From Tubulanus polymorphus (taxonomy: Eukaryota; Animalia; Nemertea), in the NCBI RefSeq assembly GCF_964204645.1, contig NC_134033.1, positions 3,742,131-3,806,130 of the forward strand: a stretch of DNA of 64,000 nt, written 5' to 3'. The notes under the pieces are model-generated. The model worked only from the letters and a program-made list of their open reading frames with translations, was not told the origin of the DNA and searched no databases. Shown one piece after another: positions 24,596 to 37,802 of the stretch. Numbering within the stretch: position 1 is the first letter of the stretch; each line of letters starts with the position of its first letter. Position numbers and translations under genes: made by a program.

Positions 24596-27500
24596 ACCAG
24601 TGCCAGGGTACAAGTACATTATGAGCAAAAGGGTTAAGTTAAACATTAACAAGTTATAAATTCGGCGTAAACCAGACATAAATTTAGAAATGTTACATGA
24701 TGGTTGGGTTTATATGAAATGGCTAACAGAGCAGATACTGTACATATGTAGGAGTCTATTGTTGGAATTGTTGGTAGTTACTGAGAAAAATGTTAAGTAG
24801 GAAGTTTATCTTATTGGTTTCAGTGCGATTTGAGATGTAATCAGTTATTTTATTGTCGAATGAGGAAAACAAAGCGTCGATTTTTGTTTTGTGGCCAAGT
24901 GAAACAATAACGACACCATCCCCCAAAAATGATAGGTCCAATGACATTGGGATAAAAGCGTAAATCTCGAAACTATAATACGAGGATGAAACTAAACAAC
25001 TTATTTGATACGTTAAGATGGAGCCACTCGATAGAATTGGATATACACCCACCATTGTAGTGCCTTCAAATTCATAAGTAATAGTTTCGCATGCGGACTG
25101 AATCGAACAAACGTAGAAATATCTCGTAGTACTAGAATACTTAAAACCGAATTTTTTTAGCAGTTATGAGTTTCTAATAAAATGGCCAAGTACGCCTTGG
25201 CGTATAGGTCATATTTAGGAAAAAGTATTATGATTTTGATCATCATTTTCAACTTTTCGAAGTACATGGCGAGTTCTAATTTACGTTTAAAGCAGGTAAA
25301 AAACGCTAGCAACAACCTTGACTCTTTTTCTGTGTTGGGGAGAGGACTCAGAAAACCCCAAACGGTATTAACCCAACAATTAGCCCTTTTTTCCAGACGA
25401 GAGAGGATTAACTCCCGGGTTATTTCTGTGCTGGAGGAACTACTCCATTGGAAAAGCAAAGAGTGTTAACCAAATATAGTTATGCAAAGGCTAGCATTTG
25501 ATCTAGTGCACAGTGCACACTTTGTTAGTCTCCGAGACATCAGGACTGGACATCTGTGCCGGACAACAGGTTTCGATACAGGTTTGTAGATGTCTCTCCA
25601 TCGGATGTGTGCGTTCTTGTAACTACAGGCTTGTGGACGATTCGTCATGATCTGCGCCTTTGGTTATTCGACATTGGGCTTACCACCTATGTGAACGCAG
25701 GTGGGGCCAGCAATGTCTTGTCGTTACTTTCATCTTGGAGTATTCAAATGACTACTCCAAGCTTTCATATCTACAGTCCATCTCGCAGTGAGTCTGACAA
25801 AGGCCAGCTTGGTGCAGTAACTTCTTTAGATCAAGTTGATGACTTCTTGCGATTTTTCATCGCTGTCTCCGGTGTAAACAATGTGGAGTTGTAGCCGATA
25901 CGTCTGGAAGAACTTGTTTGTGGAAGAGGCCTCGTATTCGAAAATCGCATTGTGGGCACTTGGCGTCTGTGGTTTCCTCGGAGACTATCGAGGGTGTGAC
26001 TTCTAACGGAGCTGTAACATCGACCTGGGACTATATCGCATACGAGTCATTTACATAAGCTATAGATCAAATTGATATTACTACCTCCATGCTTTCCCAT
26101 AATAAACGCGAAAATGGATGATACCGATATTAGTTAGAAAAGATAGCTAGCTTAATGATAGCGTAAAGCAAAAAACACCTAAGCTGTTGCACTTGCAAAA
26201 GAACGTTTTGGATTAGACAAAATAACACTATTCTCTCATAAAATTTGGTTATAGAATTTGAAAAATATGCGTTGTTTGGTAAAAGGATATCTCTGAGCTA
26301 GACGTTGTTGAAGAACCACTGTCGTCGACATTAATGTATGTATACATAATATCTTGATATAAAATGATTCACAATGTGCAATTAAGGGAAAGAAAATAGT
26401 TTGTGCAAGTTAAAGTGTCGTTACTGACGGTTAGTGCAATCATTTTTCCATCCGGAAAAGCTAGGTAAAAAAGTATGTGTCGAAATTACAAAGTATGATA
26501 TTTTTCATTCGAATGTACCGAAGACCAAGAAACGTGTTTGGTCGTGTTTATTGATTAATTGTGGAGCACTTGACCTTATCGTCAAAACGTATCTATGTAT
26601 GATCACTACGTTTGACTCAAAGATAAGGAGAGCCCCTTTGCTTTTACCATTATTAGAATATAAAGTGCGAAAGATTCAAAACTACATTACAAACTGCCTA
26701 TTGAATCCATCATCGATTATTCCTGGCTGTGATCGGGGATGTAAAAATCAAATTCATTGTGTACTTTGTAATAATATATGACATTATAGGGCCTACTGAT
26801 ATTATATCCCGAAATCAGTTGACCACGCATCGGTCACACTACCCATCTTTGATGGATTCGACCTCGAATCTGAACTTGGCAAAAATAACTTTTTTTTCTA
26901 ACAGCTACTGCAGACAAAACAACCTGAAATTCCTTTATGTTTGAAATTGAAAATACGTTTCATTACTTAAGTGATCAATGTGATCTACATATACGTCATG
27001 AAAACCGCCTTCATCAAAGGGAATAAAAACTATTACTACATTATTACATATACCATCTCTGCACTATTTTTTCAAGAGCTTCACTTTGACTTAATTATGC
27101 TCTGTGTTCACAACTTAGCGTGCTTTTCTTTTAAAAATCTTCATGGAACTATGTCCATTTTATGAAGTGGAGCCCAGAGGAAAATTAACAGATTTAAGAA
27201 CCTCAGCCGCAGTCAAACTTATTTTTCTAAATAAATCGTCATGTGAACGATATGTGAAAGACAAAAAATACTTGGGCTGGCAGGGGAACGATCCCTATGC
27301 GAATATGCAAGCCTGCTCCAGGTTCTCCAAATAATTTAGCCATGGCAACTCCAGAAAACAATCTCATTAATAAAGAAACATAAATAGGTTGCTTCAACTT
27401 TACAGTAATACGGAAAACATAATTTCGTCAGTTAAATATGTATCGTTTTTTTACAAATACCAGCGAAAAATAAACAGACATTTCGCGAGATCAGTCGATA

Positions 27501-28171
27501 GGCGATATGCAGACATATCATATTCCTGCATGTTCATCATTTTTAGTACACAATGAATGCAAACGGCTTTAGATTATCGACGCCATAGGCGTGGGGTGGT
27601 TCTGGCTTGGAGTAATCATTTTCAAATGATTACACCAAGGTTCTGGTTAGGGAGATAGGGGATTGTGAATGCTGTATGGGAGTTGTCTCCACTACAATCA
27701 ACGATTGTAGGCTCTCCGGAGGAGATACAACTCCCTGGACATTCACCATTAAAAAACACATGGGGAAATTTATAGAGCACTCGCGCGAGGTACAGCGAGA
27801 TTAGTGTGAAATGAGAAAAAAAATCAAAATCCCATTATACACTTACCGAAACCGTGGCTCTCCACCAATGATACCGGGTTCCGGTTCAGATGTTATGAAA
27901 TGATTGAACGCAAGAGTGTAAATTATACGTTGACTTTATTAGGCGTTGAGAGAGAGCGGATGAGAGAGAGCAAGAAAGTAGAATACATGTGCTTAAATAG
28001 CGACTGATAAGACACTGGCCAGTTCAGCGCTGATAAAAGGTCAAGTACCTTAAATGGACTGACCAGTGTTCTGTTGTAAATATCAAAATATTAAATTAGT
28101 TACTACACACATATATTCATAATAATAATAATGATAGTAATCCTAATAGCAAATTTTACATCCTTCCTCTG

Positions 28172-28399
<228 letters not shown>

Positions 28400-28514
28400 A
28401 ATGATTCGCATTTTATGAAGCACATCACGCAAATACACTTTACAGTTTATACTTATTTCTTGTGGCAGCTTTAACGGACGACTGGTCGCTGTCGAGCCGA
28501 TCTTTGACCTCAAA

Positions 28515-29408
28515 TCAGTTTTCGTTTCTGATCACTAAAAAACTTTCCAATTTGCCCGGTATGAACGGAAACCCGTGGCTTTCCACGGTATGTTCGCGAA
28601 CGATATCCTGTATTTGAGCTCGCGTATTTTCGGGCAAATCGGCGACGTTTCTTTGCGCCACGAACGACAACAACTGGTCGTTTATTTCACGTATTAATTC
28701 GTCGTATTTACTCACACGAGGTCGAGCTGGTTTGAGAGCGAGATGGACCGAAACCGATTGCAGATCCGCCCAATAGAAAACCGTCTTCGTTTTAGCCGCG
28801 GTTACAATTTCGCCGAGATCAAATCGACGGACGTGGAAATTAGCATGAGGAATGTCACGATCGGTTCTTTCTAAGCATCGATTGATGTCCCGCGTTATTT
28901 TGGCTATCGAACCATTGGTTTCCGTAACAACAAACGCGCGCCCGTGTTTGCGGGTTAATCGATACAGACCGAATTCCAACTCGCTTGCCGGATCGTCGAA
29001 ATAATAAAGTACGTGCGAAAATATCAACAAATCGTAGAAATCGTTCGGTAGAAAAGACGCGGCGCTTTCTCTGGTAAACCGTCGCTGATAGAGTTTATAC
29101 TCGAAGTTGTACTTACTAGCGAGTAAACTCATACGAGTTTGCAGTTCCATCATCATAACACTGTTCGGTTCCACACAGTCCAAACGATCTACATTTATTT
29201 CATCGCCGACTGCGCCCAAAGTTTCTTCTAGTAGATTTCCGTGAGCCGCGCCGATCGCCAACACCCTCAATCCTCTCACGGGATCGCCTCTAGGTATATC
29301 GGTATTACATATCCGCAATGCCTCGGCCAGCGTTTTGCTTCCTAAAGTCGAATTACTTTGGAAACTTCGAAATGAGCGGTAAGCGTTGCTGTATTCTAGT
29401 TCATTCAT
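28515..29408 (-). CDS. HNMT-like SAM methyltransferase, copy 3 (297 aa)
   Basis: Full-length colinear paralog; motif I reads IGAAHG. Confidence 0.85.
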   Translation of the reverse strand: MNELEYSNAYRSFRSFQSNSTLGSKTLAEALRICNTDIPRGDPVRGLRVLAIGAAHGNLLEETLGAVGDEINVDRLDCVEPNSVMMMELQTRMSLLASKYNFEYKLYQRRFTRESAASFLPNDFYDLLIFSHVLYYFDDPASELEFGLYRLTRKHGRAFVVTETNGSIAKITRDINRCLERTDRDIPHANFHVRRFDLGEIVTAAKTKTVFYWADLQSVSVHLALKPARPRVSKYDELIREINDQLLSFVAQRNVADLPENTRAQIQDIVREHTVESHGFPFIPGKLESFLVIRNEN

Positions 29409-29769
29409 GTCAGCTCAAGACTTTAAGCCGTTAAGTATCGAGACGTTGTTTTGTGACAACATGCGTGATAACGTTTGGATTGACCCATTCGAATCATTTA
29501 AGAATATACCTGCTAAGAAAGTATAATCGGCTTGATTCTTTTTTCTTTATTTCTTATTCTTCAACGTTACCCATTTACGTGTAATCAATTTCGTTCAGCA
29601 GATTGATATCTTTGTTTGATTTTTGTAAGACTTTGACCCATTAGAAACGTTTAAAAATAACTTTGAATGAAATTGAATTGAGGTAAACTTCAAAAACTGA
29701 TTTTCAGAAATGCTGAATGTATTACGTAAGAGGATGGCTCCGACTGTGGATTGATACCTACATGGATGC

Positions 29770-30103
29770 CAGCCTACCCCAGTAGGAATTCGAACCCGAT
29801 GGCATCGAGACTCGCTACGGTACGAAACCCTGCCACACTAGACCGAGTGCGCAGCTTAGATGATGTCATTATTAGCCAATCAGATATCCCGTTTTATTTT
29901 AGCTCGGGTTTTCCCATCTATAGTTCTTCCGTGAAATTTGCCTCAGCGATTATACAACGAGCAATCTGATTGGCGCCGCATGTTTTCGCGCGGCAAAGCT
30001 GCGCATGTACCTGCGCACCCGGTCTACTGTGGCAGGGGTTCGTGCCGTGGCTGAGTGTAGCGATGCCATCAGGTTCGAATCCCTGCCGAAGGAGGGAGGA
30101 TGC
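29770..30103. mobile_element. A/B-box inverted-repeat element upstream of MTase copy 3
   Basis: Same family as 6879-7226; absent from the homologous site upstream of copy 2 (~23520). Confidence 0.8.
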
Positions 30104-30494
30104 GTCGAGGGAAGTTCTTTGGCCCTGGATGCGCCGGGTAGTTAACATTAACCTTAATTTAAGGCAGTATTGTTTTCTGAAATGGAATAATATTTGATCG
30201 AGTTTATGGTCAATGGCGAGCGCAGTAGCCCGCGGTATTACATCAGTTCATAGAAATCACGCTAGGGGACCGTACGGTGCTGCCACCAATGCATTGGTGT
30301 ATGTATTAAAAAATCCAACTTAAAATATGGCTAAATTCATCAAAATAGGTCTAGATGTATATAAATCCCTCCGGCAGTATATGTATTGTAAATATATGTA
30401 TTGTAAATATATGTATTGTAAATATATGTATTGTAAATAGTATATTATGTACCAGTTAATTAAGTTTTGTAGTTTTTATTACTGTTAATGTAAT

Positions 30495-30571
30495 TATTGT
30501 AAATACTGTTTTTCCTCCATATACCATGGAAATGGTTGGAGTGTAAATAAATATTCGTATTCGTATTCGTA
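30495..30571 (+). mobile_element. LINE/SINE 3' end (hairpin, AATAAA, (TATTCG)n tail); inverted copy at ~48985-49055
   Basis: ctccatataccatggaaatggttggag-tgtaaataaa-tattcgtattcgtattcg, reverse-complemented at 48985. Confidence 0.6.
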
Positions 30572-31779
30572 GTTCTCTGTAAAATATCCACTTCATTACG
30601 GGAATGGAGTTAACAATTTCTAGCAAGCTTGACCCACATGATCCCTGATAACTGCGTGGAAAATATCTTGAGAAAATTGGTAAAATAAGTCGAGGCGAAA
30701 AATCATTCCCATAATAAAATACTATATAATTTATTTGATTCATAAGATTTGTACATACACAAAATAGTTACCACGTATTAACACTAATTCCAACGCATAG
30801 AACATTTAGAATAAACATCAAAATTTTCACCAAAAGTATTCCACCAACGGATCGACAGTAGAACCTCCTTGCGAACTTAGAATTTCGTTGCAAATAGGAC
30901 AATCTTGCACTGGATACAACGAAGTCTATCATATCAGTTAACGAACGGATATTCTGGTCGCCTAAAGTTCGTTGTAACGAGGTTCAGCTGTAGCTGGAAA
31001 TGCGCATATATATAGAGAACCTCCTGAAAAAAAGATGGCTACCTCGAAACAATCCCTCTATGACATCATCGAATCGATGCGAAAAGGGAGAAATAAAGTT
31101 AATTGAAATCATTATTTTTTGAGACAGTGATTTAGAATATAGACAACATGAAATGCATCCGGAGACCTTTTCAAAAAAAATGGCTACCCTCACAAATTTT
31201 CCATTTGACCTCACCAATAGGGGAGCCCCTGTATTGATGATGTCATAGGGACATTTTGTGAAGGTGAGGCATCCAACTTTTCTAGGAGGACAGTAAACCT
31301 TGCCTACCTCGGACATGTCCAACTTTTGACTGATTCGGACAAAACGAAGTCATTTTCTGATCTCCTAACATATTTTGCGATCCTTAAGTTAGACTTTCAG
31401 GCTTAAATCGGACCGTTTTTCGTTGGACCAAGTTTGTCCGAGTCGGGCGAGGTTGACTAGTAAAATGAAATAGCCTACACAGTCGTATAGTTACTTGTTT
31501 TTAGCGTGACGTCGAGTCACATTTCGTTGGCACCGAAAACAATTTACTAAGATATAAAGAGAAAGAAAATCTAATCACATAAATATTATTCACAAAAATA
31601 ATTCCGAGAATATGATTCTGGAATTTGTAGCGAGGATGGTTTGAATCGCTTTGTTTGAACACGTTTTACAACAGCCAGTGTACGCGTGTGTACCATAAAT
31701 GCTTTTGGTGCAGATACATTTCGATAGAATAGAACCTATAGGCTAGAATGCCGCCATAAAAGACGTCTACTGCTTCTAC

Positions 31780-32290
31780 TAATCCCCCTATTACGTCATC
31801 ACCAAATTTCCTGCTTGTGATTTGATATATTTCCTGATCCCCCTATGACATCCTCAAAATGGCTCCTGGTTTGACTAGTTTTCTAATCCCCCTATCACAT
31901 TGTCAAAATGGCTAATAGTGATTTGATATATTTCCTAATCCCCCTATGACATCATCAAAATGGCTACTAGTGATTTGATATATTTCCTAATCCCCCTATG
32001 ACATCATCAAAATGGCTACTGGTGGTTTGACAAACTTCCTAATCCCCCTATGACATCATCAAAATGGCTACTAGTGATTTGATATATTTCCTAATCCCCC
32101 TATGAGGTCATCAAAATGGTTATTGGTGGTTTGACCAACTTCCTAATCCCCCTATGACATCATCAAAATGGCTACTAGTGATTTGATATATTTCCTAATC
32201 CCCCTATGACATCATCAAAATGGCCACTGGTGGTTTGACCAATTTCCTAATCCCCCTATGACATCATGAAAATGGTCACTAGTGATTGGC
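31780..32290. repeat. 52-bp minisatellite with two alternating variants
   Basis: ttcctaatccccctatgacatcatcaaaatggc.. every 52 bp; one inverted copy at ~32330-32357. Confidence 0.9.
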
Positions 32291-32857
32291 TGTTTAGACT
32301 CTTCTGGAAACGGATCTGATCATTGGTATACCATTTGATGACATCATAGGGGGATTTAAGACACATTCATTTTTCAGTGGGGTCTAAAAGGATATTCTTT
32401 TGACTACAACACAGACATGGACAATTCAAGAAAACATGCCCCCGACCATATACCCCTATGACATCACAGATTAACTAATCAATAGACATTTTTTAACGTT
32501 TTGTATTCTGTAAAAAAAAATTAACTGAAACCTTTGTTTAAAATCAACTTTACCCTATGATTACTGATCACAAGCTGGACAGATTAGAATAAAATTTCTT
32601 AGACTTTAACACAGCTTGCGCATAAATTCTGAGCCCCGCGGTATTACGACATAGAAAGGGGTTCAAAATATTTTGACGGACACTTTTCTTGGAATTTTTC
32701 ACGCATTTTCATGATATTTCACAAGACATTTCGAATTCTGTACATGTGTTCACAATTCTTTTAAGCAGACGTCAATTTTCCACGTTAATCTGACCAGCGT
32801 TACGGATCGGGGAGCCCGGTCTAGTGATACTTTAGTAAATCGAGTGTCGCAGTTTTA

Positions 32858-35800
32858 TCACCAAAACAAGAACGGCGACCACATCATGCTGGTCAACGCG
32901 GCGCCGGCCACGACGCCCATCGCCAGGTCGGTTCCGTCGTCGCGATAGTAGCGCCGTCTGTCGTCGACGTAGATCACGTTAGTGGCGCCAGGAACGGTTT
33001 GATAAACTGAAACGATACACAACACAATCATCGAACTGTTATCAGAAGTACTCGATGCGCCCAAATACACGAATTGTCTAGTTTCACTGTCTGCGTCGCT
33101 TCCCGGGTCTGAAACTTAGTATATTCGCACTATAGAGGGCGCCCTTTAACCGGTCGAGATTTTTGGTCCCTATGTCTGACCAATCAAAAGTTATCAAACT
33201 TATAAAATTGTCTTCTTCTATAATCCTAAATCCCCGTATACAAGTCTTATCTTACTTGGGTCCAAATGCCGAAAAGGCATATACAACGTCTCCTAGGACC
33301 GAGGTACTACATGTAGTTCTTGAAATTTTGAGGTCCCTTCCTACAACTGCTTTTAGAATGGTACCCGAACCAAAATTCAGAAAATAATTCGAAGTTAAAT
33401 AAAATCCGGGATTCGGTTCACAGTTGTAAGTTAGTCAACTCATGAGTTCAAATCAGTTCATTCTCGATGAATCAACTCTTTAGTCAAATCAGAACTCCGG
33501 GAGTGCCCTTTCCACAGTAAAACTGCCCGATTTACCATATTTTGGATGAAAGCGCCCTTTTTTCGACGAATTTGAATGTCGAGGGTTTTAAGACATGGCC
33601 TCGCAGTTTACTGTAGATCGCGAATTCATCAGTATTGAATAATTTGAAACCGACAAAGATGAGATGAAAGGTAAAATCCAGCAATAGCTGAATGACTAAA
33701 CAGTCCATTCAAAATACAAATTTCAGATTGCTTCTATCACTCTTCTTCGGTCTGATACGGTCGTAGGAACCACCCAAAATATTTCAACGGGGTGGCCACT
33801 TTTATTTGCCACGCGTTCCCCGACTATTCCCTGACATGCAGGTTTTTTCCCCGACTCGATCTGCTAAGAATCCAATCAGTAAACACAGTCAAATACGCAC
33901 ACAGACATACGGACAGAAACTGTTTGATTTTACGCGTGATCTAGCATTCCCAACATGTTTTCCTCACTTTTACCTCATTTTCAGCTCGTTTACAAAATTC
34001 ACTAACTTATCCCTGACTTTTTCTAAAAGCAAGCAAAAGTGGCCACCTTTCAGCATTTTAGATAAACTTTTTAGGTATTTTGAAAGTAACGAAAACTACC
34101 TCTAATAACCCGGGAGCGTTCAGTTGCATAAAGTTGATACTTTTTTCAAACACTTGGCTCTTAAAGATAGTCAATAGGGGTTTGGGTGTTTTAGGGTCGA
34201 GAAGGGTGGAGGGGTTGCTACCACCAGGCTAATTAGTTCCCTTCGGTTTACTCACCCCCGACGCCTAGGAACACTTATATACTCAGTTACTACTACCGTT
34301 CCTGAACAACCAAAACAATAGTAAGATGAATCATCACTTGATTTAGAAATATTGTCATTTTCTACTCGAGGCAAAAATCGAAAATACTGCAATACATGTG
34401 TAATACATGATTATGTATTGATCTGTCACATCAACAGGTTTCAGAAAGCTATAATGTGATTGAAGTTCATCGGTGTCTTTGAGACTTGCGAACGGTTGAC
34501 ATTTAGTAACCAATCATAATTTTACTGAATCATTGAAGTCATTGAGAATGATGTAGTCATTAGTAACTTATCATAATTTTACTGAATCCTTGAACGTATT
34601 AAGAATGAAAACTAATCATAATTTTGCTGAATAAATGAAGTCATCGAGAATGAGAAGGTCGTCATATTCATAAATAACTTATCATCATTTTACTACATTG
34701 TTACAGTCATTGAGAATGAGAAACAATTCATAATTTTGCTGAATTGTTGAAGTCATTGAGAATGATGTAGTCATTAGTAACTAATCATAATTTTACTGAA
34801 TCCTTGAACGTATTAAGAATATGAAAACTAATCATAATTTTGCTGAATTGTTGAAGTCATTGAGAATGAGAAGGTCGTCATATTCATAAATAACTCATCA
34901 TAATAATTTGCTGAATTGTTATATAGTCATCGAGAATGAGAAGGTCTTCGTCATTAGAACTAATCATAATTTTATTGAATCGTTGAATGTACTAAGAATG
35001 TGAAACTAATCATAATTTTACTGAATAGTTAAAACAAGTTTTTGAGAATAGGAAGGGAAGGTCATCATAAAGTATTAGCCTAATAATAATTTCACTGTAT
35101 TGTTTAGTTGGAAAGAAAATGAAAAACTGAATCATTTAAATCATTTTGAGAACTAATTATAATTTTACTGAATCGTTGAAGTCATCGAGACTGAGAAAAC
35201 GATTTACCCTGTTGTCCGTAGGCCGGCGGCTGGGCGTTGTAGACGACTTGAGGATAGCCAACTTGTTGATACTGCTGCCGCGGGTACGCACATTGTTGAT
35301 TATCGCCATGGCGATTCGGCGTCTGGTACGGGGGCGGCAGATTTGACGGGTAAATGATACGCGCTTGTTCGAGCGAGAATTGCCAGGCGCTGGAAAAAAT
35401 GCGACCGATAGTGAATAAAAGTTTTTTTTGCATGTGAATAATTTTCGAAGAATTTGGACCGGTACCTCATGTCGTCGAGGCTATCAGCGCACAGGTTCAT
35501 ATTCCCGTCATCTTTACACGTTATTTGTATCAGCGAGTCTTTATTCTGACCTTCGGGCGGCGTCACATTCTGAATCTAGAAAATAATCGGCAAATTTTCA
35601 ATAACTGATCGTCCACACTTCACATGTGTTCAGTGCTTCACCTGAGAGATTTTTAATCGAAAATGAACTACAAACACCAGATATTAGACATTTTATCAGC
35701 ACACTTTCAAAAACTGATCGTCCACACTTCACATGTGTTCAGTGCTTCACCCGAGACATTTTTAATTGAAAATGAACTACAAACACCAGATATTAGACAT

Positions 35801-36804
35801 TTTATCAGCACACTTTCAAAAACTGATCCTCCACACTTCACATGTGTTCAGTGCTTCACCTGAGAGATTTTTAATCGAAAATGAACTACAAACACCAGAT
35901 ATTAGACATTTTATCAGCACACTTTCAAAAACTGATCGTCCACACTTCACATGTGTTCAGTGCTTCACCCGAGACATTTTTAATTGAAAATGAACTACAA
36001 ACACCAGATATTAGACATTTTATCAGCACACTTTCAAAAACTGATCGTCCACACTTCACATGTGTTCAGTACTTCACCCGAGAAATTTTTATTGAAAACG
36101 AACTACAAACACCAGATATTAGACATTTTATCAGCACACTTTCAAAAACTGATAGTCCACCATTTAGACTACAGTAGGGTGAACTAAGGTTTCAATCCAA
36201 CACTGCAATGTTTAATTGATTACCTGTAATCCTGTTTTGATGTTGATCACGTCGACCGTCATTAAAATCGTCTCCTCCGATTCGTATTCATTCTGATCCT
36301 CGAAATATCTCAATTCGCCGTTCCCGTACAGAACGAACCATTTACGCTTCCAACGTTTCAAAATAGAACCTGAAAATAGAACGCGTGAGAAGAACCATCA
36401 TCACAATCGAGTTCAATCGTGGTCTTAGAATTCCAAGACTCTGCAGGTCTTTATCCCTCTCAGCGCGTCTACACCGCAGTGCAGTGTATAAATCGGTGAT
36501 GGATTTTGCTAGTACACGCACAGCGGTGTATTGATGTAATTAGTAATTAGTTTTTATCTCTATTGAAAGATGCTAGCACCTGTCAAACATAGTGAAATAT
36601 TAGTAACTAACGATTTACCACGCCAGGGTGTAGACGCACTAGTGGTTTCCCTGTTATTGAACACACTAGGGTGGAATTTTTAAAAATTTAAAAAAATTAT
36701 CTCCAGCACTATAGGGTATTGATTAGTCAGCACTGAAAGGGTTAAGTGTAATGCTTACTCTGTCTGTAGAGCCAATCGGCCTTCACAATTTCAAAGTTAG
36801 ACAT
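32858..36804 (-). CDS. PLEKHB2: PH-domain tail-anchored protein, PLEKHB/evectin family, 5 coding exons, ~210 aa
   Basis: Exons 36804-36759, 36369-36224, 35575-35466, 35389-35208, 33006-32858 (633 nt, in phase). VKADWLYRQSSILKRWKRKWF, PPEGQNKDSLIQITC, LCADSLDD..AW, PPPY, RYYRDDGTDLAMGVVAGAA..FLFW. Probable non-coding first exon ends at ~37011. Confidence 0.92.
34510..35195. repeat. Degenerate intronic tandem repeat (aactaatcataattttactgaat / gtcattgagaatgag)
   Basis: Motif recurs many times with variable spacing. Confidence 0.8.
35603..36160. repeat. 109-bp tandem satellite in a PLEKHB2 intron
   Basis: ~5 near-identical units of the same family as 3190-3673. Confidence 0.92.
36456..36741. 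mobile_element. piggyBac-like MITE
   Basis: ccctctcagcgc ... gcactgaaaggg|ttaa. Confidence 0.8.
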
Positions 36805-37079
36805 CGCCTGAAAATGAAAGCAGCGAAAGTGAAACAAACCCGCGCCGACAAATGACTCACGATCACCTGCAAAATCTGTCAATAATAGTCATCTTCCATC
36901 ATTCGAAAAGTGCTGACGATTAAAATATAGCATAACAGCGCCTTATAAATATATCTTGAGAATCGTCATCGCTTAATCTTTGATTTGAATATCGAATTGT
37001 TAAAAATTACCGTTTATTTTGACCGTTTTTGATGAATTTTAGCAGCGAAACGTCGTCGAATTTCGATGTGTAGATTCGA

Positions 37080-37110
37080 CACTTCCGTGTTTATGTCAAA
37101 AATGACGTCA
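37080..37110 (-). promoter_or_regulatory. Putative PLEKHB2 proximal promoter: ETS-like ACTTCCG and perfect CRE TGACGTCA (37103-37110)
   Basis: Motifs lie just upstream of the inferred non-coding first exon. Confidence 0.5.
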
Positions 37111-37257
37111 TTGCTATTTACAGGCTATTCGCGCACGCGCACTAGCTAGGATATCCCTACTAGCTAGGATATCCCTAAGGAATTCCGATGCATACGTCGC
37201 ACGCACTGACTTACCCCAGGATATTCCGAAACGCGTCACGCGCACTGACTAGGATAA

Positions 37258-37802
37258 CTACGGAAGCCCCTAGGTGACATACGAGAAATTTTTTCCACAA
37301 TTTCGACTTATTAAGTCGAATTTTGACATAATAAGTCGAATTTCAACTTAATCATTCGAATTTCGACTTAATAAGTCGAATTTCAACTTAATGAGTCGAA
37401 TTTCGACATAATAAGTCGAATTTCGTGTTAATTAAGTCGAAATTCGACATGAAAATAATACTCGAAATTCGACTTAGTTAACACGAAATTCGACTTATTA
37501 TGTCGAAATTCGACATAATAAGTCGAATTTCGACATAATAAGTCGAATTTCGTGTTAATTAAGTCGAATTTCGACTTAATAAGTCGAAATTCGACATGAA
37601 AATAACTCGAAATTCGACTTAATTAACACGAAATTCGACTTATTATGTCGAAATTCGACTTATTTTCATGTCGAAATTCGACTTATTATGTCGAAATTCG
37701 ACTTATTTTCATGTCGAAATTCGACTTATTATGTCGAAATTCGACTTAATAAGTCGAAATTGTGAAAAAAATTTCTCGTATGTCACCTAGGGGCTTCCGT
37801 AG
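37258..37802. mobile_element. MITE of the CTACGGAAG family, near-perfect long palindrome with 22-bp internal repeats
   Basis: Perfect TIR ctacggaagcccctaggtgacatacgagaaa; 4-bp TSD ATAA (37254-37257 / 37803-37806). Confidence 0.93.
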
